In this document: one piece after another, positions 40,447-51,688 of the stretch
How positions within the stretch are numbered: position 1 is the first letter of the stretch
How the letters are laid out: each line of letters opens with the position of its first letter
DNA from: Vicinamibacteria bacterium
GTDB taxonomy: Bacteria; Acidobacteriota; Vicinamibacteria; Vicinamibacterales; JAENWD01
Assembly (NCBI GenBank): GCA_963832135.1
Contig: CAWHTD010000009.1
Span: 2,012,166 to 2,076,165, forward strand
Direction: 5' to 3'
Length of the DNA stretch: 64,000 bases
Notes under the pieces: generated by a model
What the model saw: the letters and a program-made list of their open reading frames with translations, nothing else
Database searches by the model: none
What the model was told of the DNA's origin: nothing
Made by a program: the position numbers and the translations under genes

Positions 40447-42931
40447 GTTTTCGTCTCTGGTTATTGCTGTATCAGGTAGTTCGAGTGCAGATCCTGTTCA
40501 GCGTTCGAGCCGCAGATCCTCCGGATCTGCGGCAGCCGATTTCGAGCAGGCCAGGGCTCTGCTGTCCGCGGACTCGCTCGAATCGGCGTTGGACGCCGCC
40601 GAACGCGGTCTCGCCCAAAAGCCGCGGAGCGTGGCGGGCCTCAACTTGCTCGGGATGATCTACCACCGGCAACGCCGCTACGCAGAGGCGTTGAACGCGT
40701 TCAAGCGTGCGCTCGCCGTCGATCCCCGGTCAGTGGAGACGCTCAACAATCTTGGCAACACGTATGTGAGCGACCGCAACCCGGCACTGGCGGACCAGGC
40801 ATTTCGCAAGAGCCTACAGATCGATCCGGGGAACCGCACGGCGAATTACAACCTCGGTCTCCTGCTGCTGTCCGAGCAACGGCCTCGGGACGCGATTATG
40901 AAGCTGGAGCGGGTGAAGCCGGCGGATTCCCATACTCTTCTCGCGCTGACCGAAGCTTACCTCGCGGCCGGCTCGACTGCTCGGGGTTTGAGCACGGCCG
41001 AGCGCGTCTCCGCCAGTGCCGCAGGCGACGTGAAGCTTCACTTTTCACTCGGCTTGGTGCTTGCCAACCAGAAGCAGTTCGGCGCGGCGATTCGGCAGTT
41101 CGAGCTCGCCAACAGCCTGCAGCCACGCGCCGCCGAAATCCTGCACAACCTCGGCCTGGCCTATCTGCGGAGTCATCAAGCCGCGAAGGCGCAGGCCGTC
41201 CTGCAGCAGGCAGCGGACCTCCAGCCCGACTCGGTGGACACCCTGCTGCTGCTCGGGCAGTCGCAGGCGGATCAACGCAAGGACGTCGATGCGCTTGAAG
41301 TGTTGATGCGCGCGCGCAGACTGGCTCCGCAGAACACGGCCGTCCTGCTGCTGATGGCTCGCCTCAGCATGAAGCAGTCCTTCTATGAGGACGCCATCGA
41401 GGTGCTCAACAGCGCGGTGAAAATCGATCCGCGGCGCCCGGAGCTGCACGCGGCTCTGGGAGAGTGCTACTTCACGGTCGGACAGACCGAGAGGGCGCTC
41501 GCGGAGTTCAATACCCTGTTGCAGCTGGACCCCTCGGCGCAGGCACATGCATACATGGGGCTGGCGTATCGGCATCTCGGGCGATTCGACGAGGCCAAAC
41601 GGTATCTGGGCGAAGGACTCCGGCTCGACCCGAACGATCCTCTGATTCTGTTCAATCTTGGATCGATCGCAAGACGGCAGGGGAATGATGCAGACGCCGA
41701 ACACTACTTCACCCGTGCGGTGCGGGTGGACCCGAACTACGCCGACGCCTTGCTCGAGTTCGGCAGTCTGAAAATGGAACAGAACAAGCACGATGAGGCG
41801 ATCCCGCTCCTGCGTCGCTGCACGGAGGTGGATCGTGACGCTGCCAGCGCCTACTACAAGCTCTCGATCGCGGAGCGCAAACTGGGCCAGACCGAAGCAT
41901 CGCAACGCGACATGAGGATCTTCCAGACCCTCTCCAAGAATCCCGTCCCGGCCCCTTATCCGCTGCAGCATTTTTTCGACTCTGTGCAGCGGCGTGCGAC
42001 GTTGTCGCCGGACCAGAAGGCGGAAGTCGATCTCCGTGCGCTCGAGGCCGAGGCGAGGCAGCATCCCGATCGTCCCCGCACGTTCCACCTGCTGGCAGAG
42101 GCATATCTGAAGGTCGGCCGCGTTGAGGACGGTCTGAAGACGATCGAGCGTCTCGACGCGCTGAGCGGCGGCGACTTCCGCACGGCGCTGGCTGCAGGCG
42201 TGTTGCTGGCGCGCTTCGGCTTGTACCCGGCCGCGATTCAACGCTTCCAGGCGGCTCTCGCCGCGGATCCCTCTTCCGACGAGGCCAAGTACGATCTCGC
42301 GGCCGCCTATTCGCAGGTAGGTGAGTACAGCAAGGCGTTCGAAGCGTTGAACGGGCTCTCCCCTGCGGCGCGGAAGATGCCTGACTCGCTCGCGCTGTTC
42401 GCCGATGTCGCTCTGCACCAGGGTCGTCCCGCCGACGCGATCGACGCGCTCGAGGAGGCGATTCGGACCAGTCCCGATGACGACCGGCACTATGTGTCGC
42501 TTGCGCTCGTCGAGTTGCAGGCTGGCGATCCGAATCAGGCGCATGCGACATTGCGTCGCGGTCTGCGCCGATTACCGGGTTCCGGCAGACTGCAGTGGGG
42601 CCTCGGCATCGTGTCGGTCGCCCGCGGTAATGATGTGGACGCCGAGTCGTACCTGAAGAAGGCCATGGAGCTGATGCCCACGAGCGAGAACTCGGTCCTC
42701 GCGCTCGGGATGTTCTACTACGCGGCCGGCCGGCTGGCGGATGCTCGGGAGATGCTGGATCGCTACACGGCGGCGTTTCCGCACCCCTCGATGGATGTGA
42801 CCCGGATCCGCGCGACCCTCGATGCTGCGCGAGCCGGTGGCGATCGCGGCCAGCACGCGGCGCGCCTCGATCCTGACGCGCGTCGCCAGTTCACGGAACT
42901 GGCCGTGCGCCTTGCGGCGCCGCGTCGCTAG
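40415..42931 (+). CDS. Large TPR-repeat protein (838 aa), signal-peptide-like N-terminus
   Basis: Many 34-aa units of the A..Y..AL..DP....A...LG type. Confidence 0.8.
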   Translation: MPLFRSVLCITFSSLVIAVSGSSSADPVQRSSRRSSGSAAADFEQARALLSADSLESALDAAERGLAQKPRSVAGLNLLGMIYHRQRRYAEALNAFKRALAVDPRSVETLNNLGNTYVSDRNPALADQAFRKSLQIDPGNRTANYNLGLLLLSEQRPRDAIMKLERVKPADSHTLLALTEAYLAAGSTARGLSTAERVSASAAGDVKLHFSLGLVLANQKQFGAAIRQFELANSLQPRAAEILHNLGLAYLRSHQAAKAQAVLQQAADLQPDSVDTLLLLGQSQADQRKDVDALEVLMRARRLAPQNTAVLLLMARLSMKQSFYEDAIEVLNSAVKIDPRRPELHAALGECYFTVGQTERALAEFNTLLQLDPSAQAHAYMGLAYRHLGRFDEAKRYLGEGLRLDPNDPLILFNLGSIARRQGNDADAEHYFTRAVRVDPNYADALLEFGSLKMEQNKHDEAIPLLRRCTEVDRDAASAYYKLSIAERKLGQTEASQRDMRIFQTLSKNPVPAPYPLQHFFDSVQRRATLSPDQKAEVDLRALEAEARQHPDRPRTFHLLAEAYLKVGRVEDGLKTIERLDALSGGDFRTALAAGVLLARFGLYPAAIQRFQAALAADPSSDEAKYDLAAAYSQVGEYSKAFEALNGLSPAARKMPDSLALFADVALHQGRPADAIDALEEAIRTSPDDDRHYVSLALVELQAGDPNQAHATLRRGLRRLPGSGRLQWGLGIVSVARGNDVDAESYLKKAMELMPTSENSVLALGMFYYAAGRLADAREMLDRYTAAFPHPSMDVTRIRATLDAARAGGDRGQHAARLDPDARRQFTELAVRLAAPRR

Positions 42932-43029
42932 CTCCTCGAGCCGCAATCCGCTTCCACTCAACAGCTTACCGCGGGGTCCAATTTTTCCCTTGACAACCGG
43001 CGCCGGTTGGCGGATTTTCGTGTGCGTTT

Positions 43030-43059
43030 ACGTTAACGCGCCTGTACGTGTCCGTTAAC
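43030..43059. promoter_or_regulatory. Two copies of the palindromic octamer CGTTAACG spaced 22 bp centre-to-centre, upstream of the second TonB-dependent receptor
   Basis: The octamers lie at 43,030-43,037 and 43,052-43,059 within taCGTTAACGCgcc / tcCGTTAACGCctc, 36-65 nt upstream of the ATG at 43,095. TTGACA lies at 42,990-42,995. Confidence 0.3.
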
Positions 43060-43094
43060 GCCTCTCGAGCGGCGTACACGCGAGTGGAGGAGCA

Positions 43095-46000
43095 ATGGGT
43101 TCACGCAAAGCGTTCGCGTCGGGGATCCCTGCGGCCATAGGGATCTGCGTCGTGTTCCTGGTCGCGCCCGCAGCCTTTGCGCAGGTCGATACCGGATCGG
43201 TGCAGGGCACCGTCACGGATGCGAGCGGCGGCGTGATTCCCGGGGCCACCGTGACGCTGACCAACCAGGACACGGGCTTGAGTGTGACGACCACCACGAG
43301 TCTCGGCGGGGACTACACCTTCTCCCCCGTGAAGATCGGCAGGTACAAGGTCGATGTGGAGATGCCCGGCTTCGGTCCGGCGTCGAACGAGAACGTCGTC
43401 GTTGACCTCCAGCAGCGCGCCCTGGTGAATTTTCAGCTCCAGCCAGGGACCGTGACCGAGCGCGTCGAGGTGACGAGCGTCGCGCCTCAGCTGCAGACTC
43501 AGGACGCCTCGGTCGGCATGGTTGCCACGCGCGAGCAGATCAACAATCTGCCGCTCAACGGGCGCAACTACACCTTCCTCGCACAACTCTCCCCGGGCGT
43601 GACGAGCATCAACCCGACCCGCGGGCTCGAATGCGACCGGCAGCTTCGTCGCCAACGGCCTGAACACCGTCTACAACAACTACATCCTGGACGGGATCGA
43701 GAACAACAACAACACCGTTGATTTCCTCAACGGCGCCGCCTACGCCAATCTGCCTCCTCCTGACGCCATCGAGCAGTTCAAGGTGCAGACCAGCAACTTC
43801 AGCGCGGAATTCGGACGCGCTGGAGGCGCAGTGGTGAACGCCACGATCAAGTCGGGCACCAACGACATCCACGGCACCATTTGGGAGTTCTTTCGCCACG
43901 ACAAGCTTGACGCCGCTCCGCTGGCGCAGTACTTCACGAACCCGAAGCTCCCGAAAGGCAAGCTCCGCCGGAACCAGTATCGGCGGCGCGATCGGCGGAC
44001 CGATCGTCAAGAATCGCACGTTCTTCTTCGGCGACTACGAAGGTCTCAACATTCGCCAGGACGCGGTCAGATGCTGGCGACCGTTCCGACAGCGGCGCAG
44101 GTCAGCAGCGGCTTCACCGACTTCCGAGACCTCCTCCCTGCGATCAGCGGCACGCGCACGGACGCACTCGGCCGGGTCTTCCCGGCGGCGACGATTTTCG
44201 ACCCGGCGACCACGCGCCCCGTGACGGCGGGTCAGGTCGATCCCGTCACGGGCCTCGTGGCGCCCGCCAGCGGACACGTGCGTGACCCGTTCTACACGAA
44301 TGGCAGCGTCGCCGGCATCACGGACTTCACCTCGCTGACGCAGTTCCTGAACGTGCTGCCCGCAGGTCGTCTGAATCCGAATGCCCTCAGCCTGCTGGAA
44401 CTGTACCCGGCGACCAACCAGTCGGGCGTGCTCGACAACTTCGCAACGAATCGCGACCAGCCGGACGACAGCCATCATTTCGACATCCGCGTCGATCACA
44501 CCTTCCGTCCAGAGGATCACGCGTTCGCACGCGTGAGCTACACGCGTCGCAGCGCATTCTTCCCGCCGTCGATCACCGGTCTCGGCGAGAATTCGGGCTT
44601 TGGTCAGGGAGAATTCCGCGATCGATCGTTGAACGTGGCCATCAGCGAAACCCACCAGTTTTCCCCGACGATGGTGAACCAGGCTCGAGTTGGCGTCAGT
44701 CGCCTGCGCACCACGGTTCAGCCGGAAAGCGCCAACCAGCAGGGGATTCCCGAGCAGTTCGGCATCCAGGGCATCCCCCAGGGCAGCGGCAACGGCGGCC
44801 TGCCCGGGATCGGCATCGACGGTCTGACCGGACTCGGAGCCGGTGCATTCGCCAGCCCGAATCAGCGGGTCAGCAACACCCTTCAACTCACCGACGACCT
44901 CACCAAGGTCCACGGCTCGCACACCTTCAAGGGCGGCTTCGAGTACCAATCGATGCACTTTCCCTGGCTGGATCCGGCCTGGTCGCGAGGGCAGTTCAAC
45001 TTTGGTGGGTACACCGGCATACCGAACGGCGTCAGTCCCGGTGTCGGCGCTGCCGATCTGCTGCTGACGCCCATCCCCGCGACGGTGCCGAATGGCGTGG
45101 ACCACGTTGGCGGCGCAAATACGGTGTTTGCGTCCAATATCACGGAGCCGAAGGATTTCCGTAATTACTACGGGGCCTACGTGCAGGACGACTGGAGAGT
45201 GAGCTCCAAACTGACACTCAACCTCGGTTTGCGCTGGGAGATGTTCGGCCAGATCAGCGAGGAGGACGGCCGACAGGCGGCACTGCTGCCTGGTGACCTC
45301 AACGGCAATGGCGCTCAATACGTCATTCTCTCGGAACAACGGGCGACGCCACTCTCGCCGGCGTTCACGGAGCTCCTGGCGAACAACGACATCGAGCTCA
45401 CCTATCTGGATGAATCCAGCGTCAGCACCACCCCGCGGAAGAATTTTGCGCCTCGGGTGGGCGCGGCCTATCAGATCACTCCCGACCTCGTCGTCCGCGG
45501 CGCTTACGGCAGGTTCTACGCGGGCTTCGAGAATCTCGGCGGGGCGCCGGACCCCGGCTACAACTATCCCTTTGCCGTAAATTTGGGGTTTTTCAGGAGC
45601 AACGATGTGTCGCCGCTGACGTATCCAAACGGGGAGCGAGCCACGCTCGAGGGCGGCTTGACCGCAGCCGATCCCAATCCCGCCAGCCCGAACTTCAGCC
45701 CGGCGGGGCTCTCCCTGATTGGGTTCCAACGGCCGTGGAAAAACGGTCGCACGGACCAGTGGAATGTGTCGGTGCAGTATCAGCTCACGCCGCGCGACAC
45801 TGTGTCGGCGCAATACGTCGGGAACAGGGGCCGCAACCTGTTGAATGGGAACAAGCGCAACCTCCCGACCGTCCTCCTGCCGCCGGGTACGAACATCAGC
45901 GCCTTCGTCCCGTTCCCGGATTTCGCGCAGGACAGCGACTACATCTCGGCAGATGGCTCTTCGTCCTACCACGGGCTGCAACTGAACTTCGAGCGGCGAT

Positions 46001-46733
46001 TCAGCGACGGATTGGGCGTGGTCGCCAACTACACCCGCTCCAAGTGTCTAGTCACGCAGCGGAACATCCTCGGCATCGGCGACAACTTCTTCTTCCGCGC
46101 TCCTACGTTGCCCGGTTTCGGTCTCGAGCCTGACGAACACCTGTGCGGCAACGACGTCCCGCACATCTTCCACTTCAGCGGCATCTGGGAGCTGCCGTTC
46201 GGGAAAGGGAAGCGGTTCGCCGCCGAAGCGCCTGGGGTCGTGGAGGCCCTGATCGGCGGTTGGAGCGCTCAGTGGATCTACACGTCCCAGAGCGGCTTCC
46301 CCTTCAACATTCTATGCGTCGGCGCGACCGTCAGCGCGGCTTCAGATGCAACGCGAACGTCGTTCCGGGTCAGGAGATCTACCTCAAGAGAGGGCCGCAC
46401 GGTACGACGCAGTACCTCAATCCTGCCGCCTTCGAGACGCCGCCGGTTACCACGACCATCGGTCAGACCGACTTCGCGCCGCTGGGCGGCCCAGCGATGC
46501 AGGCGCGAGGACCCTCGTACAACAACCTGGACTTCTCGATCTTCAAGCGTTTCCCTATGTCGGACACGACGAGGATCGAGGTTCGCGGGGAGGTCTTCAA
46601 CCTGTTTAATCACCCGAACTTCTCCCCCTCGTTCAGGAGCGAGAACTACACGGACGTGAACAACTTCGGCGTGATCAACGGTGTGCGCGGGAGTGAGCGC
46701 CAGGTTCAGCTGGGGGTGAAGTTTTATTGGTGA
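43095..46733 (+). pseudogene. TonB-dependent receptor (CarboxypepD_reg type) with at least four apparent frameshifts (~43,625, ~43,975, ~44,060, ~46,330)
   Basis: A good SD (GGAGGAGCA) precedes the ATG. Signal plus QVDTGSVQGTVTDASGGVIPGATVTLTN. Homologous text hops between frames: ...INPTRGLE | TGSFVANGLNTVYNNYILDGIENNN... | GGAIGGPIVKNRTFFFGDYEG | ...long barrel... | NANVVPGQEIYL...EVRGEVFNLFNHPNF...RQVQLGVKFYW. Confidence 0.8.
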
Positions 46734-46803
46734 ACGCCCGACGTTCATACGGCGTGCCGACCGCGGCCGGTCGACGTAGCGCCGTGTACGATGGCAGTCT
46801 GCG

Positions 46804-48291
46804 ATGCGTGTAACGTCGGCCTGGCGCAAACTCGGTGGATGGCTCTGGACAACGGCCGTGATGGTGTTCGCCGCGGGACAGATTTACGCCGCATCGCAGA
46901 CGTCACGGCCGCAACCCACTCAGTCCGTGCGGCCGTCGGCCGACGTTCAGTTGAAAGAGCAGTTCGAGTCAGCGATGGCGGCGTATCGGGAAGGACGTTA
47001 CTCCGACGCGCTCACCACGCTGCAGCGGCTGCTGCGCGTTCTTCCCGACACTCCCGACGTGAACGAGCTTGCCGGACTGGCCTTCGCGGCAAGCGGACAG
47101 CACGAAATCGCGAATGCCCATCTGGCCAAGGCGGTTCGCCTCGCGCCTGACATCGCGCCCTGGCGTATCGCCCTCGCAGTCAATCTGCTGAAACTCGGAC
47201 GCAAGTCGGACGCCGAGCTTCAGTTCCGCAAAGTCGTCGAGATGAGGCCGGACGACTACGATGCGAATCACAATCTGGGCGAGTTCTACATCCAGATTGG
47301 CAGGTTGAACGACGCCATTCCGTATCTGAGACATGCGCAGCAGCTTCGCCCGAACGAGTACGGCAACGGGTACGATCTCGCACTCGCGCTGGTGCAGGTC
47401 GGCCGGTTCGACGACGCGCGGCAACAGGTTTTGAGCCTGGTGGAATCGGACGACAAAGCGGAGCTGCACAGCCTGCTCGGGCACATCGAGGAGAAGGCCG
47501 GAAACTACATGGCGGCTGCGCGCGAGTATGAAAGGGCCGCACAGATGGATCCTAGCGAAGACAACATCTTCGCCTGGGGCGCCGAGCTGCTGCTCCACCA
47601 GACGTTCGATCCTGCAATGGCGGTATTCCAAGCTGGTATCGATCGATTCCCTCAATCGGCACGCTTGCAACTTGGCTTGGGGATCGCGCTTTACGGCAGC
47701 GGCCGTGCGGATGACGCGGCCAAGACGTTCTGCGACGTATGGGATCGCAACCCTTCTGACCTGCTGCCTCTCACCTTCGCCGCTAAGACCTATGAGGGCC
47801 TCTCCGTCGACATGGCTGATTACGTCAGATCGCGTCTGGGGCGATTCATCAAGAACGGCGGCCGCAATGCCACTGTCACTTATCACTATGCAACCGCGCT
47901 GTGGAAAGAATATCGGCAGCATCCGGAGGCCGTTCCGATCGGGGAGGTCGAATCGCTGCTGATGACTGCCCTTGCGCTCCGGCCAGACTACGCCGACGCC
48001 CGACTGCAGCTCGGCATCGTCTATCACGACCAACAGAAGTATGGAGAGGCGGTCGACCAATACCGGAAGGCGTTGAGGATTGCGCCGGGTGTGGCGACGA
48101 CGCACTACCGGTTGGGACAGGTACTCGCGCGAATGGGAGACAGGGCCGGGGCCCAGCAGCAGTTCGCTATCTACGAGAAGCTGCGACTTCTGGAAGCGGC
48201 GGCGACACAGAAGCAGAGCGCCGACATCCAGCAGTTCGTTTATACAATGCGTGGTGCCAGCGGAACGGCCACCAAGCCGAACGAGCAGTGA
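46804..48291 (+). CDS. TPR-repeat protein (495 aa) with a signal-like N-terminus
   Basis: MRVTSAWRKLGGWLWTTAVMVFAAGQIYAA, followed by multiple TPR units. Confidence 0.75.
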   Translation: MRVTSAWRKLGGWLWTTAVMVFAAGQIYAASQTSRPQPTQSVRPSADVQLKEQFESAMAAYREGRYSDALTTLQRLLRVLPDTPDVNELAGLAFAASGQHEIANAHLAKAVRLAPDIAPWRIALAVNLLKLGRKSDAELQFRKVVEMRPDDYDANHNLGEFYIQIGRLNDAIPYLRHAQQLRPNEYGNGYDLALALVQVGRFDDARQQVLSLVESDDKAELHSLLGHIEEKAGNYMAAAREYERAAQMDPSEDNIFAWGAELLLHQTFDPAMAVFQAGIDRFPQSARLQLGLGIALYGSGRADDAAKTFCDVWDRNPSDLLPLTFAAKTYEGLSVDMADYVRSRLGRFIKNGGRNATVTYHYATALWKEYRQHPEAVPIGEVESLLMTALALRPDYADARLQLGIVYHDQQKYGEAVDQYRKALRIAPGVATTHYRLGQVLARMGDRAGAQQQFAIYEKLRLLEAAATQKQSADIQQFVYTMRGASGTATKPNEQ

Positions 48292-48299
48292 GGCCGCAG

Positions 48300-49454
48300 A
48301 TGGAGCCGGATGCCCCGTTCGAAGCCACGCAGAAAGTGGCTTACCGCCGACGCGATTTTCTGCGGACTGCGGCCGGCGTGGGACTCGGAAGCACTCTTTT
48401 CACCTTCAGCCCGATTTTGCAGGGGCTCGCGAAGACACGCGTCAAAAAGGTTGTGGTAGTCACCTTCGGCGGTGGCGCACGCGATCAGGAAACCTTTTCG
48501 CCCGAAGGACACGAGAACATCCCCCGCCTGGTGCACGAGCTCATTCCCCAGGCGACATTCTTCACGCAGGTGGTAAACCGCGGGATCCTTGGACACTACT
48601 GCGCCACGGCCAGTCTCGCCACAGGCGTGTACGAGACCATCAACAATTTCGCTGCACGTCCGCCGGAGCATCCGACGGTATTCGAGTACTTCCGCAGGGA
48701 CCTGCGGCGTCCCGCGTCCGACGCCTGGGTCGTCGCCCCGAGCAACGGCTTCAATCGAATCGGGGAGAGCACACACCGATCGTACGGCGCCGGCCTTGGT
48801 GCCGGAGTGATTCTCCCGAAGCACCTGGTGATGGCTGCCACCCACGGCGCCCAGCGAGAGCACGATCAGCTGCTGCGCGACAACTACGAAACGCCCTACT
48901 TCACCCCCCAGCTTGAGGGCAACGAGTTCCAGCTCAGACAACTGGAGCAGATCCTGCAGCTCTCGGTGGACGAATTCAGGGCCCACGCAGGGACGGTGGC
49001 CAGCGCGGACGAGCTGTCGGTCTATATCGCCCGGCGGCTCATGCGGCTCCTTGCTCCCTCGCTGTTGTGGGTGACCTTGCACGACATCGACATCGCGCAC
49101 GCGGGCGCGTATTCGTTGTACATCGACGCCATCCGCCGGACCGATCGTCTCTGCGCGGAGCTCTGGCACGCCATCCGGAGCGAGCCGGAGTACGCCGGCA
49201 GCACGACAATGTTCGTGCTTCCCGACTTCGGCCGCGATGCCGACGAGGATGCAGGCGGCAACGGATTCCAACACCACCGCACAGGCGATGCGGCGTCCCG
49301 CACGACCTGGATGATGGTGCTCGGTCGCGGCGTGCGCGAGGGGACCCTGGTCGACCGCAGGATCGAGTCTGTCGATCTTGTACCGACGCTTGGGTCGGTG
49401 CTGGGATTCTCACCCTCCGTCACGCAGGGGAAACCAGTCGCTGAGTTGGCTTGA
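48300..49454 (+). CDS. Tat-signal DUF1501-like protein (alkaline-phosphatase/sulfatase superfamily)
   Basis: An internal ATG gives MEPDAPFEATQKVAYRRRDFLRTAAGVGLGS (twin-arginine motif), then VVVVTFGGGARDQETFSP and LPDFGRD...GFQHHRTGD...VDLVPTLGSVLGF. This resembles the DUF1501 pattern as I recall it. Confidence 0.55.
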   Translation: MEPDAPFEATQKVAYRRRDFLRTAAGVGLGSTLFTFSPILQGLAKTRVKKVVVVTFGGGARDQETFSPEGHENIPRLVHELIPQATFFTQVVNRGILGHYCATASLATGVYETINNFAARPPEHPTVFEYFRRDLRRPASDAWVVAPSNGFNRIGESTHRSYGAGLGAGVILPKHLVMAATHGAQREHDQLLRDNYETPYFTPQLEGNEFQLRQLEQILQLSVDEFRAHAGTVASADELSVYIARRLMRLLAPSLLWVTLHDIDIAHAGAYSLYIDAIRRTDRLCAELWHAIRSEPEYAGSTTMFVLPDFGRDADEDAGGNGFQHHRTGDAASRTTWMMVLGRGVREGTLVDRRIESVDLVPTLGSVLGFSPSVTQGKPVAELA

Positions 49455-50662
49455 TCATGGCCCCGCGCGATCTCGCGCCGGATCGATTCACCGCGTATCC
49501 GCCCGACGCGCGGCGGCTCGCCGTGGCTCATCTGCACACACTGAGACACTTGCCTCTGAGTGTGCTCCCCAGCCTGCTGCGCGAGATCGCGACTTACGAT
49601 TGGAAATTTCCCGCCGAGCGCGCAGCCATCGAGAGCGAACTGAAGGTCCTCGGCGCGTTGACTGCCGAAGGCCGGCAGGAGTGGTTTCACGAATTTGCGG
49701 CCATTCGGCTGTCTTCCGACCTTGAACAGTTGGATTGGGTCGGCGTCCCCGCTCAGTTCGTGGAACACCTCGCGGCACATCTCTGGACCACGGGCCAGAC
49801 GGACGCGTTCCGCGGCGCAGCACTCCACTATGGGGAGCGCTTGCGGGCGGCCGCTCCTCCGCCGACGCCGGCCGTCCCACGATTGCTCATCACCGTCGCC
49901 GGGCGCGATGTCAGCGAAGCGACCATACCGCTGTTTCGGAGGCTGCGTCCGTATGGCGTCTATTTCACCGAGGTTGATGCGACCGACGGTTTGAAGATCC
50001 TGTTGGACGCCGTCGCGGGGCGCGCGAAGGCTCATCCTGCCCCGTACAGTCACTGGTACATCGATGGTGGTGAGGCGGCGCCCCATGACGCGGCCCTGAC
50101 CTGCGTCTCATACGCGGCACTGGCGCCCACGCGGACAGCGCTGCTGCGCAAAATGGAAATGGCCATCCGCTCCGACGCTATGGGGCCGGAGAAACTGCGC
50201 AGCATCCTCGCGCAATTACGGCCCTCCGATCTGCAGATCGCCGGCGCTCGCGATGCCGTGCTCGACCGTTTTGAAATCAGTCTCCTGACGGAAGGCTCCG
50301 GCACGCAGATCTTCAGTACCACGTTTGCCCAGTGGGCTGCCCGTGAAACGCTGCGGCGCGCGCAGCCGCTCACCTTGTTGGTGCGGTTCGCGCCTCGCCA
50401 GCGAGAGAAGGGGATGAACGAATTGCTGGCGGCGACGGGCACCCAGTCCGAACTCGATCCGATCGGTTCGCTGGTAGACGCCGACATGGCCGCCTACTAT
50501 AACTGGCTCAACCTCCAGCGGCTCCCCGGCGCCGATCGGTCCTCGACGCTGGTGTGGTTCGAGGACCATGGTGAAGCGCTGCTGATCGCGCCTTCCTTGC
50601 CACGCGGCACACAGTCGTCTCAGCGCGCTACCATCTCCGACCTGCTCGGGTGGGTGAGCTAG
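49451..50662 (+). CDS. Hypothetical protein (403 aa), translationally coupled to the DUF1501-like gene
   Basis: Its start (TTG 49,451 or ATG 49,457) overlaps or abuts the upstream TGA (49,452-49,454). No signal peptide and no motif that I recognise. The composition is non-repetitive and coding-like. Confidence 0.55.
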   Translation: MIMAPRDLAPDRFTAYPPDARRLAVAHLHTLRHLPLSVLPSLLREIATYDWKFPAERAAIESELKVLGALTAEGRQEWFHEFAAIRLSSDLEQLDWVGVPAQFVEHLAAHLWTTGQTDAFRGAALHYGERLRAAAPPPTPAVPRLLITVAGRDVSEATIPLFRRLRPYGVYFTEVDATDGLKILLDAVAGRAKAHPAPYSHWYIDGGEAAPHDAALTCVSYAALAPTRTALLRKMEMAIRSDAMGPEKLRSILAQLRPSDLQIAGARDAVLDRFEISLLTEGSGTQIFSTTFAQWAARETLRRAQPLTLLVRFAPRQREKGMNELLAATGTQSELDPIGSLVDADMAAYYNWLNLQRLPGADRSSTLVWFEDHGEALLIAPSLPRGTQSSQRATISDLLGWVS

Positions 50663-50748
50663 TCGCCTTTGTGTGCTCATCCTGCCGCCTGGCCCAGCAG
50701 ACTTCGTCTCCAGCGTGGCAGACATCCCGCCATCACGCGAGATTCTGA

Positions 50749-51688
50749 TCACCTCTCTAGGCCTATTTCGAGGGTCCACGTCGCCGTGTCGCGGGGGCCG
50801 ATCTCAGGCGCTTCGCCCTGCGCGGTCGCGGTCGCGAGACAGTCCGCTGCCACGTTCGTGGGCTCCAGGGCAATCGTATGGTGTCCTTGGGCCTGATTCA
50901 GGGGCCAGCCGCCGTAACACAGCCAGAGACCCAGGAAAGGGGTCTTCTCCCGATCGAAGCGCAGACGCAGCACGTCTCCCGTGTCAGGGTAATGTCACTT
51001 CCGCCCACCCCTCGCGCAGCGCCGGGGTGAAGCACTTCACGGCCTGCCTCAAATCGGGCGGCTGCACCACAGCGTAGTCGCGGTCCGGGCCGAGGTAGGA
51101 CCACGGCCGGTGGTCGCCGCGGATCCCCAGCGCCGGGTCCGAAGCCCACTCCACCCGGACCTGCTCCACCTCGGCGGGCAGCACTAGGCGCGCCCCCGCG
51201 GTGACTTTCAGCAACGGGTGAGCCGACCAGATGTAGGGGAAACGCGTGGCTCCCCGATTCCGGAGAAGGTAGTCGATGTGCAGTCTACTCTCCGACAGAG
51301 AGACGCGTTTCGTCAGCACGTAATCGAGTTGCACGCCCGCGATCGACAACTCCAGTTCGTCGGCGCCAGCTTCCCACTGCCATGGGCGCGACCACAGCTC
51401 GCCATGATCGGGCAGCTGGAGCACGCCTCCGTTCGGCCCCGCCGGAAAAAATTCCGAGGGCGCTACAGTGGGGAAACACTCGTCGAACCCGCTCGGATCG
51501 AACAGCGCGAAGTCGTCGCCGTAGCGGGGCAAAGGCTGTGCGGCCTGGTGGGGCTCGCGCAAGAACTGCCGGCCGGTCTCGAGGCTCGCCAGCCGCACCA
51601 TCCGCCCCCCTCGGGCGGGCTGGAGTACCGCCTCTAGGTGCGCATTGCGGAGCGTGACCGCTCCGCTAGGGGCGTCGACGCGGATCAC
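50749..51688 (-). pseudogene. Aldose 1-epimerase (galactose mutarotase)-like protein, one apparent frameshift near 50,985
   Basis: ORF 50984..51688 (...DECFPTV...LPDHGELWSRPWQW...IWSAHPLL) continues in ORF 50749..50973 (...FLGLWLCYGGWP...HHTIALEPTN). The GTG start overlaps the GH36 stop. Confidence 0.6.
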
